From positions 1-52,387 of IMG/VR virus record IMGVR_UViG_3300043449_001060: 52,387 nucleotides of DNA; one strand, given 5' to 3'. The translations under genes were made by a program, and so were the position numbers. Below the pieces are notes generated by a model. The model saw only the letters and a program-made list of their open reading frames with translations. It had not been told where the DNA came from and ran no database searches. How positions within the stretch are numbered: position 1 is the first letter of the stretch; the number at the start of each line of letters is the position of its first letter. The DNA comes from a virus (Duplodnaviria > Caudoviricetes). Shown piece after piece: positions 1 through 8,327 of this stretch.

Positions 1-726
1 ACAATGAGGATTACTATTAATGGTCAGCTAAGCTTGTCAATGCTGTATGAGATGATCTGTGAAGAGATTCCCGGTGCAATTCCACTAATGCAAAATACAG
101 ATGGTCTTGAGACAATGATCCCAAGACAGCATGTAGATAAGTATATGGAGATTTGTAAGAGATGGGAAGATATGACTAATCTACAGTTAGAACATGATAC
201 TTATAGTAAGATTGTTCTGGGTGATGTAAATAATTACATTGCTGTTACTGAAGATGGTAAGTCAAAATGCAAGGGCAGATTTGAGTACAAAGATTTGGCC
301 ATGCATAAGAACAAAAGCTTTTTGATTATTCCTAAAGCTTTACATGCATATTTTGTAGATGGAATAGACCCTGAAGACTTTATGAAAGCTAACACAGATA
401 TATTTGATTATTGTGGTGGTGTTAAAATTAAAGGAGACTGGTCTTTTCACTTCCACAAGGTACACCAGGGAGAGTATCAAGATATTCCTCTACAGCATAC
501 TATCAGATATTATATATCTAATAGTGGTGGTAAGATTGTTAAGAAGAATAATGAGGACATGCGGGCTATACAAGTTGAAGCTGGCAAATGGATGCAGACC
601 CTTATGATTGATTATGAAAAGAAAGAGTTTGAGGAGTATGATATTAATCTCAAGTATTACCTAGAGAAAGTAAGAAAGGAAATTGAGAACCTTGAACCAA
701 GTACAAACCAACTAACTTTATTTTAA
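1..726 (+). CDS. Family B DNA polymerase, C-terminal part (5'-truncated by the window edge)
   Basis: Frame is open from base 1. Contains 'ITINGQL' followed by PolB motif C 'MQNTDG', then 'DVNNYIA...KCKGRFE', typical of crAss-like PolB. Confidence 0.88.
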   Translation, partial: TMRITINGQLSLSMLYEMICEEIPGAIPLMQNTDGLETMIPRQHVDKYMEICKRWEDMTNLQLEHDTYSKIVLGDVNNYIAVTEDGKSKCKGRFEYKDLAMHKNKSFLIIPKALHAYFVDGIDPEDFMKANTDIFDYCGGVKIKGDWSFHFHKVHQGEYQDIPLQHTIRYYISNSGGKIVKKNNEDMRAIQVEAGKWMQTLMIDYEKKEFEEYDINLKYYLEKVRKEIENLEPSTNQLTLF

Positions 727-727
727 A

Positions 728-1909
728 ATGCCAAAGAAAATTAAAGAATGCGGAAAGGCGCACTTGATTAGTGTGCCACTACCAGATCATGGAGATACTT
801 ATACAGTAATTAGCCATGAGTCAGTTATTGATTATGCATATACAGAACTAGCTAATGCTGGTTTTGGAATTGTATCTGAAGAGTATAGAGCTACTGCAGA
901 TGGCAATATTGCACAAGGTATATACAGACTTCAGTATCAGAATGATCCTGAGTTATCTATGATGTTTGCTTGGACAAATAGTTACAACAAACAAGTAAGA
1001 TTTAAGTGCGGTGTTGGTGCATATGTGAACCACATAGGCACCACTATGGTCTGTGGTGACATGGGTAGCTGGGCTAGAAAACATACTGGTACAGCAGATG
1101 AAGAGACTGTAGCTACAATTAAAGAACAGATTGCTAATGCACACATGTATTATGATCAGTTAGTAGCTGATAAAGATGCAATGAAAGAAATCAAGATGAA
1201 TAAAAGAAAACAAGCTCAGCTTCTTGGTATCTTGTTTGCTGAATATCAGATACTTACAACTGAGCAAGCTAGTATTGTAAGATCTCAGATGGATAAGCCA
1301 AAACATGTGTTTGAAGACTCTAGTAGTCTATGGGCTTTCTATAACTATGTGACTATTGCTTTACAATCTTCTCATCCAAAAACATGGATGGAAGATCAAA
1401 GAGTTCTTCACTACTTTATCTCTAGTGTAAATAATTTTGCTAAACCACTTCCAGTTGAAGTAGAAGTGGAACATGAAGAAGAAGAAAAAGTTACTGATCC
1501 ATTGTTGAATAACTATGGTCAGCCTGAGAATCAAACTAATCTTTTAGTTCAGATTGCAGAAGCTGAAGAAATTGAAGCTGAAATTGTTCAGGCTGCATTA
1601 GCAACTGAAGCTCTTGAAGAAACAGTAACTTATACTGATCCAATGGGTAATACTTTTGAAGCACCAGTATTTGATACTATTGATCTTAACAAAGACACCA
1701 AGATGTCAGTTATGGTAAGTCCTTGTGCTGCACATGATGCTGAAAGTGACTTCATGGATGGTATTGATGAGTCTATTGAACCTGTAGTAGTTTCATTAGA
1801 ACCTACACCAGAAGATCATTTAGTGTTTGAAACACAACAAATAGAAACTGAAGATGATTTTGCATTTGATTTCTCAGATGAGGAAGATGATAATGAAACA
1901 TTCTTCTAA
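728..1909 (+). CDS. DUF932-like phage protein with a long acidic C-terminal tail
   Basis: N-terminal ~235 aa ('TYTVISHESVID', 'WTNSYNK', 'RKHTG', 'SLWAFYNYVT') resemble the DUF932 family. The last ~150 aa are strongly D/E-rich and end 'DNETFF'. Confidence 0.6.
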   Translation: MPKKIKECGKAHLISVPLPDHGDTYTVISHESVIDYAYTELANAGFGIVSEEYRATADGNIAQGIYRLQYQNDPELSMMFAWTNSYNKQVRFKCGVGAYVNHIGTTMVCGDMGSWARKHTGTADEETVATIKEQIANAHMYYDQLVADKDAMKEIKMNKRKQAQLLGILFAEYQILTTEQASIVRSQMDKPKHVFEDSSSLWAFYNYVTIALQSSHPKTWMEDQRVLHYFISSVNNFAKPLPVEVEVEHEEEEKVTDPLLNNYGQPENQTNLLVQIAEAEEIEAEIVQAALATEALEETVTYTDPMGNTFEAPVFDTIDLNKDTKMSVMVSPCAAHDAESDFMDGIDESIEPVVVSLEPTPEDHLVFETQQIETEDDFAFDFSDEEDDNETFF

Positions 1910-1947
1910 AGATCCTTGTTAGCAAGGTTAATTAATTATCACAAAAG

Positions 1948-1983
1948 AAAAGGGGGGTAGCTTAGGCTATCCCCTTTTTTTTT
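1948..1983. terminator. Intrinsic terminator, probably bidirectional
   Basis: Hairpin GGGGGTAGC-TTAG-GCTATCCCC (1953-1974) followed by T9 and preceded by AAAAGAAAA. Confidence 0.85.
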
Positions 1984-1990
1984 AACTTTG
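1983..1990 (+). promoter_or_regulatory. Putative Bacteroidota-type -7 promoter element (TAACTTTG)
   Basis: Exact match to TAnnTTTG, directly after the terminator and 4 nt before the ATG at 1995. No clear -33 TTTG element. Confidence 0.45.
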
Positions 1991-1994
1991 AATT

Positions 1995-2384
1995 ATGAAA
2001 GAACAATTAAAAGCAGTAGAGACATTCCATAACGCATTTGGACAAAAAAATGGTAAATGGCCACAACCTTTATCAGAACATGAGTTTAATCTCAGACACT
2101 CATTAATGAAAGAAGAGAATGATGAATACTTAGAAGCTTGTTTTAAGAATTCATTAATAGAAATTGCTGATGCATTAGGAGATCAATTATACATTCTCTG
2201 CGGAACTATTCTTAAGCATGGTATGCAACATATCATAGAAGATGTATTTAATGAAATACAAGCCAGTAATATGAGCAAATTAGGAGATGATGGTAAACCT
2301 ATTCTTCGTGAAGATGGTAAAATTTTAAAAGGGCCTGGGTATTTTAGTCCAAACCTTTCTAAATTTATTGAAATAAAGAGTTAA
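1995..2384 (+). CDS. MazG-like nucleoside triphosphate pyrophosphohydrolase (PRA-PH/DR2231-like)
   Basis: All-alpha NTP-PPase pattern 'EENDEY...EIADALGD' plus C-terminal 'SNMSKLGDDGKPILREDGKILKGP'. Confidence 0.88.
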   Translation: MKEQLKAVETFHNAFGQKNGKWPQPLSEHEFNLRHSLMKEENDEYLEACFKNSLIEIADALGDQLYILCGTILKHGMQHIIEDVFNEIQASNMSKLGDDGKPILREDGKILKGPGYFSPNLSKFIEIKS

Positions 2385-2389
2385 AATAG

Positions 2390-5300
2390 TTAAATTCCAA
2401 TTCTACTTGCACTATTTCTTAAATTCTTAATTGCAGTCTCAGGATCTCCTGTTGAACCAGTAAATCCAAATGCTTTCATTAAGTGATCCCAGAACTTATA
2501 GTCTCCTTTTTCTTCCCAAGAATATGGACCCGCATCTCTTTGGAACTTAGCAGCTTCATTAAATGTAGCCATGTTAAGTAAATCTCCAAATAACTGCATA
2601 TAAAGTAAGAATGTATTACCAAATGCTGTACTAGTAGAAGTTAACATTTTACCATAATCATCCATACCAAAGTTAATACCACCAACTTTAGGTAGAGGAA
2701 TGAATGCAGTAGTTTCACCTTGTACACCCATTAGTAAGTTTAACATGTGATTTTGAAGGAAGCCATATGTTTGATAACCATCAGTTCCAAATGCTTCAGA
2801 ACGTCCAGCAATTTTTTGCCATTTTTCTTCATCATCATCATCATAACCAAAGAGGAGTGATGCCATCAATGCAAATGCCGTAATAAATAATCCATCTGCA
2901 GCAAGTTTTCTGAAAGCAATCTTTTCTTCTGTACTTAAATACTTATAGCTTTTACCACGACTTTTAAGCATCTCAACCATTGCACTAAATCCAGTTAAGT
3001 AAAAACCTTTTCTAGTTTTACCAAGAGCCCAGTCATATCTTGCATTAAATTTAGGAAGCATTTTACCTTCAGTCCATACAAGCTCAGCACCAAATCTGTT
3101 AGTAAACATTGGCGTAAACCATTTTCTCATAAACATGTATAGTCTATACAGTGCAAACTTATTTCCTTCAGGTTGACCAAATTTATCATATGTACCAAAG
3201 AGTAATCTTGAGGTACCTTGAACTTGATTTCTAAATAAATCAAATGCTTCTGACTTAGCAATAACTACTTCATCACCATCAGCTAATTCTAATACACTGT
3301 TGATTTTATTCTTAGCTTTAAGTTCTTCAACAGTAATACCATATTGTTTAGCAATATCATCTAAAGATTCTCCTTTAGTATATTTATGATAGACATGTGT
3401 ATTATTCCACTTTGGATGAATGCCGCTTTTAAGTTTGATAATACCATCAGCATCTTGTTCCCAAGCATCTTTATATCTTATTGTTTGAGTACTACCATCT
3501 GGCATTTTTCTTTCAAGTTTTTGAGCATTTAAGAATGAACCAAATAATGATAGACTTACTTCCATCTCACCAAACTTGCGGTGCATATACATCCATTCAC
3601 CATCAATGAGATCTTTGTAAAGACTTCTACTAATTGATCTCCCAGCATTATCAGTACTTCTAAACACAGGGTCAAAAATTTCTACCATCTGTACTGTTAA
3701 ATCAGGTGGCCCAACTGCATAGATTCCTTTTCTTGAAGACCAACTTGTCATAGTTTTAAATGCCCAAGCGCGTCCATTTGCAATATCTTTTAAGTTTACA
3801 AATTCAGCTCCGGCACCTTCAATAATTAACTGCACCATTGCACCATACTTGTTTTTTAAATCTGATGGAATGTTAACTGCCAATGATGATACAGCTGATA
3901 GTCTCTGCATACCATTTAGTAGCTTAGTAATTCTTGGATATTTCTCTGAGGTATCGGAGTTATGGATACCGTAGAACTCTCTTTCAAATAAAGACTTAAC
4001 CTGGCCAAGCATTTGATTAGTTGAATCTTTTTTAGTCACATTCTTTAACACACCATAAGCATTATATAAGTCCTTACGGTACTTATTCATTTCTTTTGGC
4101 TGCGCTTCTGGACTAGAAAGTGAATCAATTAATGACTCTACTAGTGGTAAGTTCTGAAGTAATACATCATGTGTTTCAAGTGATAATGCATAACGCATTA
4201 ATCCTCTAAATACATCTGGAGAAATTTTATCTGCATCAAGATTGTATATACCTGTTACAGGGATATAACTTATTTGCTCTCCATTTAAATCAGTATTTAC
4301 TAAGTTGTTTTCAGGATTGTAGTTAAAACCATTCTCAAAATCTACTTTTGATTTACCCCACATCTGATCCCACATCTCACTAACATTAGACTTAATCTGG
4401 CTATATCTTTCACCATATTGCCCAGCTTGAAATGCTTCTACTACATTGTCAATTGCATATCTAGGCATATCTAAGTATAGCTTAGCCATACTTGATTTAC
4501 CTTCTTGGTTAGATAAGTGATATTCTTTAATAAGTTCAAGTAATTCAAAGGCTGAACTTTTAGATTGTTTTAGAGATTGATATTTCTTATTGATATACTT
4601 ATCAGTTTTAGCACCATTCTTAGTACCGTCATACTGTTTTGGTAAGAAGTTTCCTTTATTGTCAATTACTTTACCAATGTATTTCTTTTTCTCCTCAGCA
4701 GTTAATCCAAAAGGAATAGTTCTGTATTTATCTTTTACTGTATAGATGGAGTGTCTAGAGTTAGGAACCCCAAGTATAGATATTGTCTCTCCAGTAGATT
4801 CATCTATGATATCTGTAGTTTTAATCATAGAAGGGTCTTTTGGAATAGTTACAGAGTTAGCCATAGTTCTTTCAAACTTGTCTACATATCTTTTATCTTT
4901 TGTACTCCAAACTTTTCTAGTTACGTGGTTTAATAAAAACCAGTCATAGAAGTTTTTATCTTGCTCAAGAATATCAAAGAACTCATCTGAGTTAATATAC
5001 TCATTGACTTTGTCTTCAGCAATAGCTCCTACATTATACTTAGATAAGTTGTAGTTAAGTTCATCTAAGTAATATTCAGTTGGAACTCTCAAAGATAGAT
5101 CACCTAGTTCTGAGAAGATTCCTTCTAGTTCAGCTATCTCTTCAATTGTAAGACCCTTACCTGATTGTTTACCAACTAAAAAGACATATCTTTTCTCTTC
5201 ATCTTTAGTAAGTTTACGAATCTTTAATGCTTGAGCATAACCCCTAAGTTCATCCAGCTCATCTCTACTTAATCCACTAGAATTATCAAAGTTGAATTTA

Positions 5301-8300
5301 TAATCATTGATTTGTTGTTGTAACTCTTTAATAGTAGTAAGTCTATCTTCTCCTAGTGCTGTTGGATCAGGTTGCCCTTGCTCATCTTTAAATCCAAAAA
5401 TTAAATCTGAAATTTGTTTGAATGCACCACTGATATCAAAATCAGATTCTACAGCTGCATTTGCTTTTTCTTGTAACTCAGATAGTCTAGTACGTAGTTC
5501 TTTAACTCTTGTATAGTAACTCTCATCATACACAAGTCTAGTGTTTTGTTTAGTCCACTCTTTTACCTTTTCATTGAATAACTCATCTCCTCTTCTGATT
5601 CCTTGTGACTCTAATAAATTTGCAAACTCATTATATGCAGTCTGTAGTGAACCTGGAATAGGAACAAACTCATGAAAGTCTCTAGTCTGTTCTTTATGCT
5701 CTCTTAAGATTTTTGCTTTAGATAAATCAAAGATTCCATTTTCAGGGTCATCAACTTTTGGTGTACCATCTTCATAGTAAAGTGAATAAAGTTGTTGGTA
5801 TTTTCTCCAAGCAGCCTCCGTTATAGCATACTGTTCAAAGCGCTCTAACTCATTATTAAGTTTATTTGCTTCTGCACTAAATTCATCAAGGGCAAGTTTT
5901 CTATCTAGCCATGCATCCTGTGCAATTGGAGATGAATCAAAGATTGCATCCTTCTCATAGTACTCAGGAACATATTCATCATGCATGTAATCTGCCTTGA
6001 ACCTTCTGAGATCTTTCATAGCTTGTCTAAGCTTTTCTACATCTCCTGAATTTCTAGCTTCATCTACTGCATGCTCAAGTATATCTAAATCATATCTCCA
6101 ACCATTACCAAACTCATTTAAGAAAGTATATACTTCCCTCTTTTCCATCTTGCCAGTCTTTCTGTCAAAGAATGCAACTGAATCTTTTTCAGCAACAAGA
6201 TCAAGCATTTGTCTTGTATTCCATTTACTGAACTCTGCAACTTTAGGTAGTAAAGACTCAAGTTTCTTTCTGAACTTCATAGACTTAGTCCACATTTGTT
6301 GCTCAGCCTGACGCTTCTGGTTCTCAATGTAAATAGATAATGAACCTACTATAGGGCTAGTACTAGAAGAATAACTCTCCATGAATCTATTGATGATACT
6401 TACATCTTTAAATTTACCCTCAAGGATATCCTGGATTTTATTCTCATTAATAACAAAGTAATTATACCTTTCAATAAAGTTGTTGATATACTTTACTTCT
6501 ACACCTTTTTGAGCTAGGGCTTCTAGATCACTGTCTTCAACTTTTTGCTGTACAATTTTGTTATATAAATTTTCAAACTCATTTTCAGTAAGCACCCCTT
6601 TTAGCGCATTGCCTAAATCTGTTCTAAGTTGTTCCTTAACAAAGTCACTCATGTATCCAGTAATCTCAACAAAGAACTGTACTGAATGGTCTTTGTAGAG
6701 TCCTGTAATAATCTCTTGTCCACGGATAATATTTCTAGTAATCTCATTAAGTAGATTAGAGAATGGATTGTCTGTAGTTAGATTAAAGTCAGCCTTAAGA
6801 ATCTGGTCAATGTCTGAGATAGATTGATACCATCTTGTTAATGATCCTTTATATAATCCAAGTAATGCAATATCGGATCTGCTTCCAAAGTTTGACTTCT
6901 TCTGGAGTCTTTCAAGTTCTTTCTGAATTAACTGTGTAATGTTCAGGGTTACATCTAATGAACTCACTAATGATACCGCTCTGTTATTTAAGTCTCTTAG
7001 TCTTTTTTCCTCAGCATTTAATGCATTGTCTATAACATCATCTACAGATTTTCTGTTAGACTTTACCACAGTCTGGTATCCCTGTAGTGATTTTTTAATT
7101 CCAGGAGTAAGCTCTGATGTTCCTTCTCTTAATAAACTTTTCTTAACTGCTTCTGCAGTCTTCTTGTCGGCCTTAAAGTTCTTAGCCCTTTCAAGAATAG
7201 TATTATTAGAAACAAACATTGCGTTGATTGCATCTGTCACAGCTTTTGATGATGCATTATCTGTGAGAACCTTTGCTCTGTCAATTTCAAATCTAACAAA
7301 TGCAGCAGCATCTTCCGGTGTTATCTTATCAGTCTCAAACTCAAAGTCCTTTTCCAATAGCATGTCTGCTAGTTGGTCAAGTGTAGTACTCTCATTGAGT
7401 TTGGCGACTTTGACTTTGTTACCGAATATATTCTTAAGCAGTTGCTTGATCTGGTTAAGTAAGTTCTTGATAAAACTATCAAATCCATCTGACTCAAGTT
7501 GTTTAGTAACTCTGTCTGATGCTCTTCTTTGTAATCCATATGCAAGTGCTTCCTCCATGAATCTTGGTGATTCAAATTCCAGCTCAGGGTAAGCTTTCTG
7601 AATTCTTCTAATGATCTCTTGACCCTCTGATGTGCCAGCTAATTGAAAGTAAAGTTCATTAAAAAGTCTGGGATTGGTTTGTCTGATACCTTGAAGTAAA
7701 GGGTGTGAGAACTCATGTAGTACAGTATCCACTGAGACATTCTCCCCTACCGTATAGACAGAGCCTGCAAAGTAAAAGGCTGGTTCTCCTTGATATGGTA
7801 TAGAGCTGTTTTTAAGAAGGTTTCTCGCTTCTTGTTGAGTGATGTTTACGTAATTTGTTTTGAGTCCGATAGAGAGTCTTTCTGCTAAGACTGTTGCTAT
7901 TTCTCTAGTGCGTGCGTTTTGTAGATCTGATAGATCATATTCAAAAACTGGGAAGTCTTCAAACTGATCAAACAGCTTGAACTGAAAAGGAGTATTTACA
8001 GCAGTCTCTTCTACAGCTTCTCTGTTTTCGTATTGATCAATGAGATTATCTAATTGATTGAAGAGAGGTTCATTTGGTATAGCTCTTGGTATAGTATAGT
8101 TAGATTCTCTATAGTATGGTTCATTCATGTATCTTTTAGATTCATAGGCGACACTAAAGAGATTTGCTCCCATTGTATCTAGACCGTATTTTGTTTGAGC
8201 AAGCTTTGTGAGTTTCTCATTAGCTGCATCAAACTTAGCCATGTCAATGATTTTTCTTACATCATCAGTGGCCCCGTTTTCTAATAGGAATTTAATTGAG

Positions 8301-8323
8301 TTATCTTTTGAACTACAGATCAT
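2390..8323 (-). CDS. Giant putative virion cargo/ejection protein (1977 aa) with zincin-like and LysM domains
   Basis: HEFSH at 7703-7717 followed by 'EEALA'. LysM 'HKYTKGESLDDIAKQYGITVEELKAKNKI...DGDEVVI' at ~3257-3391. Hydrophobic 'GLFITAFALMASLLFG' near the C-terminus. Lies directly downstream of the vRNAP gene. Confidence 0.75.
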   Translation of the reverse strand: MICSSKDNSIKFLLENGATDDVRKIIDMAKFDAANEKLTKLAQTKYGLDTMGANLFSVAYESKRYMNEPYYRESNYTIPRAIPNEPLFNQLDNLIDQYENREAVEETAVNTPFQFKLFDQFEDFPVFEYDLSDLQNARTREIATVLAERLSIGLKTNYVNITQQEARNLLKNSSIPYQGEPAFYFAGSVYTVGENVSVDTVLHEFSHPLLQGIRQTNPRLFNELYFQLAGTSEGQEIIRRIQKAYPELEFESPRFMEEALAYGLQRRASDRVTKQLESDGFDSFIKNLLNQIKQLLKNIFGNKVKVAKLNESTTLDQLADMLLEKDFEFETDKITPEDAAAFVRFEIDRAKVLTDNASSKAVTDAINAMFVSNNTILERAKNFKADKKTAEAVKKSLLREGTSELTPGIKKSLQGYQTVVKSNRKSVDDVIDNALNAEEKRLRDLNNRAVSLVSSLDVTLNITQLIQKELERLQKKSNFGSRSDIALLGLYKGSLTRWYQSISDIDQILKADFNLTTDNPFSNLLNEITRNIIRGQEIITGLYKDHSVQFFVEITGYMSDFVKEQLRTDLGNALKGVLTENEFENLYNKIVQQKVEDSDLEALAQKGVEVKYINNFIERYNYFVINENKIQDILEGKFKDVSIINRFMESYSSSTSPIVGSLSIYIENQKRQAEQQMWTKSMKFRKKLESLLPKVAEFSKWNTRQMLDLVAEKDSVAFFDRKTGKMEKREVYTFLNEFGNGWRYDLDILEHAVDEARNSGDVEKLRQAMKDLRRFKADYMHDEYVPEYYEKDAIFDSSPIAQDAWLDRKLALDEFSAEANKLNNELERFEQYAITEAAWRKYQQLYSLYYEDGTPKVDDPENGIFDLSKAKILREHKEQTRDFHEFVPIPGSLQTAYNEFANLLESQGIRRGDELFNEKVKEWTKQNTRLVYDESYYTRVKELRTRLSELQEKANAAVESDFDISGAFKQISDLIFGFKDEQGQPDPTALGEDRLTTIKELQQQINDYKFNFDNSSGLSRDELDELRGYAQALKIRKLTKDEEKRYVFLVGKQSGKGLTIEEIAELEGIFSELGDLSLRVPTEYYLDELNYNLSKYNVGAIAEDKVNEYINSDEFFDILEQDKNFYDWFLLNHVTRKVWSTKDKRYVDKFERTMANSVTIPKDPSMIKTTDIIDESTGETISILGVPNSRHSIYTVKDKYRTIPFGLTAEEKKKYIGKVIDNKGNFLPKQYDGTKNGAKTDKYINKKYQSLKQSKSSAFELLELIKEYHLSNQEGKSSMAKLYLDMPRYAIDNVVEAFQAGQYGERYSQIKSNVSEMWDQMWGKSKVDFENGFNYNPENNLVNTDLNGEQISYIPVTGIYNLDADKISPDVFRGLMRYALSLETHDVLLQNLPLVESLIDSLSSPEAQPKEMNKYRKDLYNAYGVLKNVTKKDSTNQMLGQVKSLFEREFYGIHNSDTSEKYPRITKLLNGMQRLSAVSSLAVNIPSDLKNKYGAMVQLIIEGAGAEFVNLKDIANGRAWAFKTMTSWSSRKGIYAVGPPDLTVQMVEIFDPVFRSTDNAGRSISRSLYKDLIDGEWMYMHRKFGEMEVSLSLFGSFLNAQKLERKMPDGSTQTIRYKDAWEQDADGIIKLKSGIHPKWNNTHVYHKYTKGESLDDIAKQYGITVEELKAKNKINSVLELADGDEVVIAKSEAFDLFRNQVQGTSRLLFGTYDKFGQPEGNKFALYRLYMFMRKWFTPMFTNRFGAELVWTEGKMLPKFNARYDWALGKTRKGFYLTGFSAMVEMLKSRGKSYKYLSTEEKIAFRKLAADGLFITAFALMASLLFGYDDDDEEKWQKIAGRSEAFGTDGYQTYGFLQNHMLNLLMGVQGETTAFIPLPKVGGINFGMDDYGKMLTSTSTAFGNTFLLYMQLFGDLLNMATFNEAAKFQRDAGPYSWEEKGDYKFWDHLMKAFGFTGSTGDPETAIKNLRNSASRIGI

Positions 8324-8327
8324 TTTA

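Noticed and set aside
6939-7592. 217-aa plus-strand ORF and the many other 60-125 aa ORFs nested in or antisense to the giant genes
   Set aside because: They lie wholly inside long coding genes, are S/L/F-rich as expected of antisense shadows, and show no motifs or start signals.
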